Positions 47,823 through 56,830 of a stretch of 64,000 nucleotides of DNA are shown here, one piece after another. The notes beneath the pieces are model-generated. The model did no database searches. It saw only the letters and a program-made list of their open reading frames with translations, and was not told the origin of the DNA. Location of the stretch: the NCBI GenBank assembly GCA_036679605.1, contig JAZDCZ010000180.1:116967-180966 (forward strand). The letters are read 5' to 3'. A program made the position numbers and the translations under genes. The stretch's first letter is position 1. Each line of letters starts with the position of its first letter. The stretch is from Gemmatimonadota bacterium. GTDB lineage: Bacteria > Gemmatimonadota > Gemmatimonadetes > Gemmatimonadales > GWC2-71-9.

Positions 47823-47883
47823 GGGATGGTGGGTGGAATTCATTAGATTTAGATTGCCGCAATGAAACTCGCGCAGCGAGCCT

Positions 47884-48852
47884 GTGTACCTCTTCATGAG
47901 AACCGAGTACCCGACGCTCTTACGAAGGAGATCTCCAGTGGTACGTAAGTCCTTTGCTTTCGGCATTCCAGTGCTTGCCAGCGTCATTCTGTCGAGCTGC
48001 AGCAACATCGTTCCGCTAGGTGCTGGATATCATGCACCGATTCTGGTCCCAACAGAGGTAGATGTCATAGACGGCAACGACTTCGACCGCGAAGCGATGA
48101 CGCGCCTTCTGAACGACTACGAGATCATATCGCGCTTCGACGTGATAGTGAGAGCGGGCAACGATTATGACGCCGCCCTTGCCGAGGAACTGGAAAAGGC
48201 AAAGAAAAAGACACTCGAAGCTGGCGGGAGAACTCTCATGTACACTGAGAACTCCGAGCTGGTTGCGGTGATCAAGCGCGACGCCCGTTTCGCCGGATCG
48301 AGCGAGGGCATCGTGATGTATGTTTTACAGCGTATAGGCAATGCAACTGAGCCGGCGGTTGCCACGCCCGTCTCCAACCCTCCTGCTGTTCCCAAACAGG
48401 CTGTTGCCCCCCCGCCCCCGGCTGTTGCAAACAACCCCGATGTCTTAAAGACGCTCGGTGCTCAGAATTTGTCGCCGGAGCAGCGAGAGGTATGGAGTAT
48501 GGAGGAAGCATACTGGCGGTATTACAACGACGGTGACGTTGAACGATACATGACCCTGTGGCATGATGACTTCATCGGATGGCCCGATGGATTCGATCAG
48601 CCCACAAGAAAGGACGGAATCCGGCAGTCCTTTCAACGAAACGTTGCCGACGGCTGGACATTGACTGAGCTACGCGTGGAAGGTGTACAGCTGTTTGGCG
48701 GCATTGCTGTCACACATTATGTCGCATCGGGTGGTTTGCGTGACGGAAGCGAAGCTGGAACTTGGAAGATAACGCACACGTGGATCAGGTTTGGAAACAG
48801 GTGGCAGATCATCGGCGGAATGTCGGCTCAGCTGGGTGGGCCCGGGCAATAA
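47884..48852 (+). CDS. Putative lipoprotein with C-terminal NTF2-like (SnoaL/DUF4440) domain
   Basis: Lipobox-like ILSSC, Pro/Ala linker, VWSMEEAYW...LWHDDFIGWP...ITHTW...WQIIGGMS. Start uncertain. Confidence 0.65.
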   Translation: MYLFMRTEYPTLLRRRSPVVRKSFAFGIPVLASVILSSCSNIVPLGAGYHAPILVPTEVDVIDGNDFDREAMTRLLNDYEIISRFDVIVRAGNDYDAALAEELEKAKKKTLEAGGRTLMYTENSELVAVIKRDARFAGSSEGIVMYVLQRIGNATEPAVATPVSNPPAVPKQAVAPPPPAVANNPDVLKTLGAQNLSPEQREVWSMEEAYWRYYNDGDVERYMTLWHDDFIGWPDGFDQPTRKDGIRQSFQRNVADGWTLTELRVEGVQLFGGIAVTHYVASGGLRDGSEAGTWKITHTWIRFGNRWQIIGGMSAQLGGPGQ

Positions 48853-48879
48853 CTGATAGCGACTCTGCCTGCGTCGCCG

Positions 48880-50232
48880 CTACCGATTCACCGGAAGATC
48901 CAACAAGGCCCGATCAACGATTCTGCCATTCTTGATGACGAGCGCAATCTTCTGAACGTTTTTGATGTCTGTCAACGGGTCTGCATCCAACAGCACGAGG
49001 TCCGCCAGTTTCCCCTCCTCTACCGAACCCATGTCGCTTTCCTTACCGAGAAACACGGCCGCATTGAACGTTCCTATCCGGATCGCATCTAACGGCGATA
49101 TCCCGCCTGCAACCATTAGCTCCAACTCGCGGTGCGATGCCGGACCGCTCGACTGATCCGATCCGAGAACTATCACTCCGCCTGCCTCGTTGATTTGGCG
49201 CAAGTTTTCCTGCGCCACCGGAGTCATGACCTTCATCCACGTCGTCCAACTGCGGCGGGCGTACCGATCGCGCACCGAAGTCTTGAGCCGCTCTATTAGG
49301 TCCTGCTCGTACACTGCTTGATAGAGCGGCTGGTCCAGGAACTCGGGGTGCTCTACCAATCTGCTGTACCCTTCTCCGATGGTCAGCGTTGAGACCATAG
49401 GAACCTTCTTCGAGGCCATGAGTTTCACGAACCCCTCGCTAACCGGGCCCTGTATCACCGGATGCGCCAGCGTATTGATTCCCGCCGCAATGGCCTGACG
49501 GGCACGGTATTCGTGCGATATATGAACGGTGGTGCGAACACCATGCTCGTTGAAGTACGCCCCGGCCTGCTGCATTAGGTCAACCGGAAGTAGTGGGATG
49601 AGCGGTCGAGTGCCCCAACCGTGCTCGTCGAATGTGAATTTCACCATGTCGGGCTTGCGCGCCAGATGTGCGTCCAGCATGGGGATCGCCTCCGGCCAAC
49701 TCTCCACCAGCGTCGCTCCACCACGACCACCGTGTCCACCGGGGACAGTGACCACGCCACCGCTCGCAAATATCCGCGGGCTCGTGATCTCACCCGCACG
49801 TTCCCGCTCCCGCAAGCCGAAGATGAAATCGGGGTCGTTGCCGGCATCGTAGATCGACGTGAATCCGCTGTACAAGAAACCATGTAAGGCTCTTACCCCA
49901 GCTCGCTCATCGGGACCATTGCGACCGAATCCACCTCGCAGATGCACGTGCATATCCATCAGGCCGGGGATTAGGTACTTGCCACGGCCGTCGACGCGTG
50001 TCGCACCAGCGCCCGCGGCGATCGTCTGACGCGCGACTCGGCTGATCCGATCTCCTTTGATCAATACGAACGCGTGCACGATCGGCGGAGCGCCCGTCCC
50101 GTCGATTACGGTCACATCTTCGATCAGAATCGTTGGGCCGTTCTGCGCGACAACGGAGTCGCTGCACAGCATGCTCGCGAGTACGAGACAAGAACCAAGA
50201 CGCAGCACGAACATGGGGCCTCCGTGAAACAA
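48880..50232 (-). CDS. Exported amidohydrolase family protein
   Basis: Signal peptide, LIPGLMDMHVHL, LGSD, GSVEEGKLADLVLLDADP. Confidence 0.9.
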   Translation of the reverse strand: MFHGGPMFVLRLGSCLVLASMLCSDSVVAQNGPTILIEDVTVIDGTGAPPIVHAFVLIKGDRISRVARQTIAAGAGATRVDGRGKYLIPGLMDMHVHLRGGFGRNGPDERAGVRALHGFLYSGFTSIYDAGNDPDFIFGLRERERAGEITSPRIFASGGVVTVPGGHGGRGGATLVESWPEAIPMLDAHLARKPDMVKFTFDEHGWGTRPLIPLLPVDLMQQAGAYFNEHGVRTTVHISHEYRARQAIAAGINTLAHPVIQGPVSEGFVKLMASKKVPMVSTLTIGEGYSRLVEHPEFLDQPLYQAVYEQDLIERLKTSVRDRYARRSWTTWMKVMTPVAQENLRQINEAGGVIVLGSDQSSGPASHRELELMVAGGISPLDAIRIGTFNAAVFLGKESDMGSVEEGKLADLVLLDADPLTDIKNVQKIALVIKNGRIVDRALLDLPVNR

Positions 50233-50412
50233 TGGGGTGTAGAATGCCGAGCAGGCAATGTAGGGAGTTGTACCGGAACTCGGCCACTTCAGGTTCCCGT
50301 GCTCAAGGTCACTATCTCCACTTCCATGGCTTGCACAAGTGACACAATCCCCTCAAATTCGAGGGCATCCGCTTTCCCATACAGTAATCATCAGTTGCAG
50401 CCAGGGGGTGCC

Positions 50413-53400
50413 GTGAGGTATCAGCCGCTAGGTCGAAGAACGCAGTTACTAGGTCTGGGCGCCACAGTCATCGCGTGTCTCACTGCAGTTTCGTGCCAGG
50501 AAGGCAGCACGGGCCCCACCGACAAAATGACGGGATACATCACCATAGCCCCGGTTTTTGAGACCAGCGCTGCGGCTTTGTTCGCCGTAGAAAAGATGCG
50601 CATTACGTTGACCCGCGAAGATTCGGTAACGAGCGTGGCATTCGATTCAGTCGTCTCGCTCCCGGCGGGTCAGGACTCCATCGATCTCTCCATCACTCTC
50701 CAGTTGAACTCGCCGTCGGAGAGCTTTCTCCTCGAGCTGAAACTGATCGACTCCAGCCAGGACACGGTATTCCGCGCCGGGCCCACGGTGGTGACGGCAT
50801 CGACCTCATCCACCGCACCTCAGGTGGCTGTGGTAACGTTGATCTATACAGGAACGGGATCCGATGCCGCGGCCGTAGTGATAACTACAACAAACGCTCA
50901 GGTGCTTTCCGGACAGACAGTGACCCTCCAGGCCGAGGCGCGGGATACCCTGGGGCAACCGATTGCGGGGACCCCGATCCGGTGGAATAGTCTGGATGCA
51001 ACTGGTGGGACTTTCCCCGACGATGAGTTGGGCGCATTCCAGGCAGGGTCCGTTCGCGGCACCGTACAAGTTGTGGCTCGGCTCCTCACCGGCCAGGCTG
51101 ACACGGGTTCGGTCCTCGTACGACCTCGCCCCACGAACGTGGCTCAGAGCGGGAACGGTCAGACCGGGTCGGCCGGGACACCCCTGCCGCTACCGATTGG
51201 TGTGACGGTCACCGCCGACGACGGTTTGGGCGTGGACAGTGTGTTGGTCGTGTTCGGTGTGGCTGCAGGCAACGGCTCGCTATCTACCGATTCGGTATTG
51301 ACTGACACCCAGGGCAACGCTCAGGTCACCTGGTCCCTGGGTGGGGCAGCCGGACCGATGCAGGCCACAGCGACCATTCCGGCAATAAATAACACTACAG
51401 TAACGTTCGACGCCACGGCCACGGCCCCATCGGTACGTTGGATCAATTCGGGCGGCGGCAACTGGAGCAGTCCAGCCAATTGGGACCTGGGCGTGGTACC
51501 CGGAGCGGGAAGTACGGTCGCGATCGATTTGGCGGGGATATATGCAGTATTGGTGGACGCGCCTGTATCGATCGGCAGCTTGACACTGGGTGGCGCGACC
51601 GGGATGCAAACTCTTTCCCTGGCGGCCAACTCTCTCACGCTGGCCAGCGCCTCGTCGGTCGGAACGAACGGCATAATCCTCATGAGCGGTGGGACCCTGG
51701 GCGGAAACGGCGCACTTTCCGTGACGGGCGTGTTCAGCTGGTCGGGAGGCGCCATCGACGGTTCCGTGGGCGCGCTGCGAATCGAGGCCGCAGGTACGCT
51801 GACGCTCGCTGGCGGTTCCAAGTCACTTACGGCAAGGACGCTCGAGAATCTAGGTACCGCCATCTGGCTGACCGGCGACATCGTTGCCGTGGACGGAGCA
51901 GTGATCTTGAACCGCACGGGAGCAACCTTGGATATTCAGGGCGATGTCGCGTTCCTGCAGGGGACGGGCGGACCGGCGTTTTTCACCAACAACGGTGCCC
52001 TCACTCGTACCCTTGGTACCGGCACGGTAACTGTCTCTACCCAGTTCGACAATCCGGGGACCGTCTCCGTTCAGACCGGGACCCTCGGTCTAAACGGCGG
52101 AGGTTCGAGCAGAGGGTCGTTTTCCGTGTCCGGAGCGAACCTACAGTTCGGAGGGGGCACTCACAGTGTGGATACGCTCCTCCTGAGCAGCGGGAGTACC
52201 GTTGACGTTTCCGCCGGCACGGCCGACCTAGCTGCGAGCAGTTCGTTGGGCGGTAGCGTGACCATTGCCGCGGGAGCCACCCTGATGTTCAGTGGTGGCA
52301 GTCATATGCTAGATCTCACGGGCGACATTTCGGGAGCCGGCGTCGTGGACTTCGCGGGCGGCACCACCGCAGTGAACGGAACCTACAACGTGACCGGGAC
52401 CTCTACACACATCACCGGCGGCACGGTGAACTTCAACAACATTACGACGCCTGCCACGACGACTGCGTTGACGATGAGTGCCGGAACTTTGGGCGGGCCA
52501 GGAGATCTCGCTGTCTCCACCTCGATCAACTGGACGGGCGGGACGTGGACCGGCGGGGGCGACGTGAGCCTCGGTGCGACCGGGACGGCAACCTGGGGCG
52601 GCGGCACCAAGACACTCGACGTAAGAGGGTTTTTCAACAGCGGCACGGTGACCTGGACTGCCGGTGACATATCGAGCGCCAGCGGTTCGAGCATCACCAA
52701 TGTGACCGGGGCGACATTCGATATTCAGGGTGATGTGGCTCTGCAGTTTATAGCCAGTACACCTTCATTCTCTAACAGCGGCACGCTCCGTCGCTCCGTC
52801 GGTACGGGGCTCGTTACACTCGGGGTGACTCTAGGCAACACCGGTACCATCGATGTTCAGACCGGTACGCTGAGCGTCACCGACCCGTTCACACACGGCG
52901 CTAGCGCGACACTCCAGGGTGCGGGAGAGTTCCGGCTTGCTGGCAATCTCGTGACGAGTGGAACCGTCTCCATGCCATCCGGAACACTGTCCATCGGCGG
53001 CACTCTCACGCCGACCGGGACCTTCAACGTGGGGACGGTGATCTTTGCCGGTAGCGGGCCGCTGAATCAGGTCGTCACCGATATCCCGTACAACAATGTC
53101 GAGGTGCGGGGTCCGGCCCAGCTGGACAACTCGTTTGGTACCCAATCAGACATCTCCGGCAACCTAGTAATTTCGAACAACGGCGTCTTAGACATGAACA
53201 CCACCGAGATCACCGTAGACGGCGATTTCCGTACGCAAGACAACGGCGCCCTGACGGCGACGGACGACGTCAGCTACGAGATACTGACCGTTCTGGGCAA
53301 TGTGGTGTTCGGCGGAGGATCGATCGCCGGCTTGCTCAATGAAGCCGAGATCTGGGTGGCCGGAAATTTCACCCAATCTGGGACCAACAGCCCTGAGAGC

Positions 53401-55077
53401 TTCCACGCAGGAGGGAATACCGAGGTAATATTCAACGGCACCACGCCCCAGACGATTACGTTCGAGAATCCCGGAATCGGAGTGGGAGTGGCACTATCAC
53501 ACTTCGCCCACATCAGAATTGCAAATACCACGGCACCGGTAACGCTCGCCAGCGATGTATTTGCACACAGCAACCTCAACAAATTCCCCGGACTTTCCGC
53601 CACTGTCGCAGGAAACGGCAACAGGCTGGCCGTTGGGGGCCTTGCCATCGGGGATCTCGTGCTCGACCACGTGCTGCTGGAGTGGAACGGAACACCCAGC
53701 TTCCCGTCATTCGGGTCGTTTATCAGGGTCTCCAACGTGAACTTCGTCAACTACGGCCCCAGCGAGATTCAGTTCACGATCGTCGATCCGGGTGCGCTGT
53801 CGACGTATAGTATGACGGGTCTGACGTTTGGCACGGTACCGACTCGCGGGGTCGGCGCGTATGTCCGCGCCACCGATTCGGATGACCCGAGGGTGAACCA
53901 ACTCGACATTAGGCTGGGAATAACCTCACCAGTCACCTGCAGCGGCGCCGATTTCGACGCCAGGGACGGCGCCGTGCTGCTACCGAGCTGCGGACAGCAG
54001 TTCGTGGACGCCACGGCGGGGGGCGGGCACGCCTGCGGCCTCACAGCGGCCGGCAGGGCCTATTGTTGGGGCGCGAACACACTTGGTCAGCTGGGCGATG
54101 GAACGAATACCGAGAGCAACGTGCCGGTGGCGGTCTCCGGCGGCCTCACATTCATCGAGATCACAGGCGGCGGGAGTCATACCTGCGCGATCAGCACCGC
54201 GCTGGCGGCCTACTGTTGGGGTAACGATGTCTGGGGCCAACTAGGCAACGGTACGACAACCTCCAGCAACGTGCCGGTATTGGTATCCGGAGGAGGCCTG
54301 TTCGATACCATCGACGCCGGTAACCTGCACACCTGCGCCGTGCTGACAAGCGGCCAAGGGTACTGCTGGGGTAGAAACGTGGAAGGCCAGCTGGGGGACG
54401 GCACAACAAACACCACCAGCAGCGTGCCCGTGCCGGTCGCCGGTCAACTCGTCTTCCGAGAGATCAGCGCCTCGACTTTCTACGTGTCTGGACGAGGCCA
54501 CACGTGCGGCTTGACCCAGGCCGACCTTGGGTACTGCTGGGGCGACAACACAAGCGGGCAACTGGGCGACGGAACCAACACCGCGAGTAACGTACCGGTT
54601 GCGGTATCGGGCGGATTGACCCTCGAGGATCTCAGCGCAAACAATGAAACGACGTGCACAAGCACTTCAAGCACTTCAGGAGGAGTAGGGTATTGCTGGG
54701 GCAACAATGCCAATGGCCAACTGGGCAACGGCACCACCACCAACTCGAACGTTCCTGTAGTGGTGTCGGGAGGCATCGTGTTCGACGGCACCGCGACCGG
54801 CGGGAGCTTCGCCTGCGGAGCGACGGTGCTCGGTGCGGCGTACTGTTGGGGAGACAACTCATCCGGCCAGCTGGGTGACGGGACGACTACCGCCAGCCTC
54901 GTTCCGGTGCAGGTACTTGGAGGACTTTCAGTCGGCGAAGGCGGCCTCGGCGTCGCTCACACGTGCGTGACGACCGGCAGCGGTGCGATCTACTGCTGGG
55001 GTAGAAACGTTGTGGGCCAGCTCGGCGACGGTACGAACACCAATTCGAGCGTGCCTGTGTTGGTGAGCGGGAGCTAG
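50413..55077 (+). CDS. Large surface lipoprotein: Ig-like domains, G/T/S-rich beta-helix, RCC1-like propeller
   Basis: GTG start at 50413 followed by lipobox LTAVSC; Big-like TDTQGNAQVTWSLG; WSSPANW; seven YCWG.N..GQLG.GT repeats. Confidence 0.82.
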   Translation: MRYQPLGRRTQLLGLGATVIACLTAVSCQEGSTGPTDKMTGYITIAPVFETSAAALFAVEKMRITLTREDSVTSVAFDSVVSLPAGQDSIDLSITLQLNSPSESFLLELKLIDSSQDTVFRAGPTVVTASTSSTAPQVAVVTLIYTGTGSDAAAVVITTTNAQVLSGQTVTLQAEARDTLGQPIAGTPIRWNSLDATGGTFPDDELGAFQAGSVRGTVQVVARLLTGQADTGSVLVRPRPTNVAQSGNGQTGSAGTPLPLPIGVTVTADDGLGVDSVLVVFGVAAGNGSLSTDSVLTDTQGNAQVTWSLGGAAGPMQATATIPAINNTTVTFDATATAPSVRWINSGGGNWSSPANWDLGVVPGAGSTVAIDLAGIYAVLVDAPVSIGSLTLGGATGMQTLSLAANSLTLASASSVGTNGIILMSGGTLGGNGALSVTGVFSWSGGAIDGSVGALRIEAAGTLTLAGGSKSLTARTLENLGTAIWLTGDIVAVDGAVILNRTGATLDIQGDVAFLQGTGGPAFFTNNGALTRTLGTGTVTVSTQFDNPGTVSVQTGTLGLNGGGSSRGSFSVSGANLQFGGGTHSVDTLLLSSGSTVDVSAGTADLAASSSLGGSVTIAAGATLMFSGGSHMLDLTGDISGAGVVDFAGGTTAVNGTYNVTGTSTHITGGTVNFNNITTPATTTALTMSAGTLGGPGDLAVSTSINWTGGTWTGGGDVSLGATGTATWGGGTKTLDVRGFFNSGTVTWTAGDISSASGSSITNVTGATFDIQGDVALQFIASTPSFSNSGTLRRSVGTGLVTLGVTLGNTGTIDVQTGTLSVTDPFTHGASATLQGAGEFRLAGNLVTSGTVSMPSGTLSIGGTLTPTGTFNVGTVIFAGSGPLNQVVTDIPYNNVEVRGPAQLDNSFGTQSDISGNLVISNNGVLDMNTTEITVDGDFRTQDNGALTATDDVSYEILTVLGNVVFGGGSIAGLLNEAEIWVAGNFTQSGTNSPESFHAGGNTEVIFNGTTPQTITFENPGIGVGVALSHFAHIRIANTTAPVTLASDVFAHSNLNKFPGLSATVAGNGNRLAVGGLAIGDLVLDHVLLEWNGTPSFPSFGSFIRVSNVNFVNYGPSEIQFTIVDPGALSTYSMTGLTFGTVPTRGVGAYVRATDSDDPRVNQLDIRLGITSPVTCSGADFDARDGAVLLPSCGQQFVDATAGGGHACGLTAAGRAYCWGANTLGQLGDGTNTESNVPVAVSGGLTFIEITGGGSHTCAISTALAAYCWGNDVWGQLGNGTTTSSNVPVLVSGGGLFDTIDAGNLHTCAVLTSGQGYCWGRNVEGQLGDGTTNTTSSVPVPVAGQLVFREISASTFYVSGRGHTCGLTQADLGYCWGDNTSGQLGDGTNTASNVPVAVSGGLTLEDLSANNETTCTSTSSTSGGVGYCWGNNANGQLGNGTTTNSNVPVVVSGGIVFDGTATGGSFACGATVLGAAYCWGDNSSGQLGDGTTTASLVPVQVLGGLSVGEGGLGVAHTCVTTGSGAIYCWGRNVVGQLGDGTNTNSSVPVLVSGS
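53995..55070 (+). repeat. Seven RCC1-like coding repeats
   Basis: Seven copies of (H)xC...YCWG.N/D..GQLG(D/N)GT.T.S.VPV.V.G, each about 50 aa. Confidence 0.9.
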
Positions 55078-55138
55078 GGCACGCTGAGGGTTGGTAGTTG
55101 CCGCCCTACATTTCCGAATCTCTGTGCAAGGACAGCAG

Positions 55139-56830
55139 ATGAGACTTAGGTTCTGCGCCACAAGTCGTCATATGATTGCCATCGCACTCGTGGGTGTCCT
55201 CGGATCCACGAGCGTCGGGTGTCACATTCTCATAGCGCAGGGTCGATACCAGACAGCGCGCTCCAAAACAGGCATGGTGGTCACTGCACATCCTCTCGCC
55301 ACCTGGGCTGGAGTGCACGTGCTCGAGCAGGGTGGGAACGCCGCGGATGCTGCGGCGGCGGCAGCATTCGCCGTAGCGGTCGTGCGGCCATCGATGAACA
55401 GCATCGGTGGACGCAACCAGATTCTCGTGCGGAAGTCCGATGGCAGAATCTTTGGGATAGACGGCACCACCCAGGTCCCGACAGACTACGATCCTAGTAA
55501 AGCCACTAAGGCATCGTACGGTTACGGCACGATCGGCGTTCCTGGCGCACTGGCCGGCCTCATCCGGCTGCACGAGGAGCACGGTTCGGTCCCGCTGGAA
55601 ACGGTCATGGCATCCGCGATCGAGTACGCGGAAAACGGTTTTAGACTCCTGCCGGGCCAGGCTGTGTTTCATACCTTGGCGGCCAAACGGATCGCAGAGT
55701 CCGACGGCGCGCGCGAGTCGTACTTGAAGAGTGACTTGTCGCCGTATCGCGCCGGCGACTTGCTGCGGCAGCCGGTATTGGCCAAGACCTATCGCGCGAT
55801 TGCCAAGGGTGGTAGCGAAACCTTCTACCGCGGCGAGATCGCAAGGACAATCGTTGCCGACATGGAGCGCAATGGTGGTACGCTGACCATGAAGTCGCTT
55901 GCGGACTACCGCGCCGAAGATGCTCGTATCGTGCACGGCAGCTACCGCGGCTACGATCTCGTGGCAATGGATGTACCGGCCTCCGGTGTGCTGGCGATTC
56001 AATCGTTACAGATCATGGAAAACTTCGCGAGATCTGACTACACAGCCGAGGAGTGGGCAGCAGTTACCGCTCAGGCCATTGGGCTCGCCATTCCCGATCT
56101 CCGAATATTGGGGCCGGACACAACCGCAGTCCGTGCAACGTCAAAGGAATGGGCCAAGACACAGGCGCAGAGGATTCAGCTCGGAGAGTTTGCGGGCACG
56201 GCGACAGGTAGCGGCTCAAACCGACAGTTCTTCCCTCCCGACGACAGCGGTTACACGACCCACATATCAGTCGCAGACAGTTCTGGAATGGTAGTCTCCT
56301 TGACCCAAACCATCGGTCCCGCCATGGGGTCAAAAGTCGCGACCCCGGGTCTCGGTTTCCTCTATGCGGTAACGCTCGGTGGGTACCTCGGCGGTGCCAC
56401 TCAACCGGGTACGCGAGCACGCTCCGGTATCACGCCCGTGTTCGTGTTGCGTGATGGAGAACTGGTATTAGTGCTGGGCGCGGCAGGCGGACTCAGAATC
56501 ATCTCGTCGGTCGTCCAAGCTACGAGCCGAGTGATCGACGACGGCTTGTCACTGCCGGAAGCGCTGGCAGCGCCGCGTGTGCATCCAAGTTTCGATTCTA
56601 CATTCGCCTTTGGAGGCTTCGCGCTGGAGACGGTTCCGTCCAGAGGTTGGACGCAGGACCAGGTCGCGTTGCTCAAGGAGATGGGATTCAAAGTGACATC
56701 GACGTCCCGGCCCGGTTCGTTCGGCCGGGTCCAGGCAATCCGTTTCCACTCGGAAACGGGGGTCTGGGAAGGAGCATCCGATCCGGGCAGTGAGGGGTCT
56801 GCCCGAGGACCTAGGAGGCAGCGGCCGTGA
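55139..56830 (+). CDS. Divergent gamma-glutamyltransferase-family Ntn hydrolase
   Basis: GGNAADAA, IGVPGALAG, nucleophile TTHIS, GAAGG; glutamate-binding motifs replaced. Confidence 0.85.
   Translation: MRLRFCATSRHMIAIALVGVLGSTSVGCHILIAQGRYQTARSKTGMVVTAHPLATWAGVHVLEQGGNAADAAAAAAFAVAVVRPSMNSIGGRNQILVRKSDGRIFGIDGTTQVPTDYDPSKATKASYGYGTIGVPGALAGLIRLHEEHGSVPLETVMASAIEYAENGFRLLPGQAVFHTLAAKRIAESDGARESYLKSDLSPYRAGDLLRQPVLAKTYRAIAKGGSETFYRGEIARTIVADMERNGGTLTMKSLADYRAEDARIVHGSYRGYDLVAMDVPASGVLAIQSLQIMENFARSDYTAEEWAAVTAQAIGLAIPDLRILGPDTTAVRATSKEWAKTQAQRIQLGEFAGTATGSGSNRQFFPPDDSGYTTHISVADSSGMVVSLTQTIGPAMGSKVATPGLGFLYAVTLGGYLGGATQPGTRARSGITPVFVLRDGELVLVLGAAGGLRIISSVVQATSRVIDDGLSLPEALAAPRVHPSFDSTFAFGGFALETVPSRGWTQDQVALLKEMGFKVTSTSRPGSFGRVQAIRFHSETGVWEGASDPGSEGSARGPRRQRP

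Noticed and set aside
50074..50412. First 113 codons of the 1667-aa ORF
   Set aside because: Overlaps the divergent amidohydrolase; the signal peptide begins at GTG 50413.
53995..55070. Repeats as CRISPR array or DGR template/variable pair
   Set aside because: In-frame protein repeats with synonymous divergence; no identical repeat-spacer periodicity or adenine-specific mismatch pattern seen.
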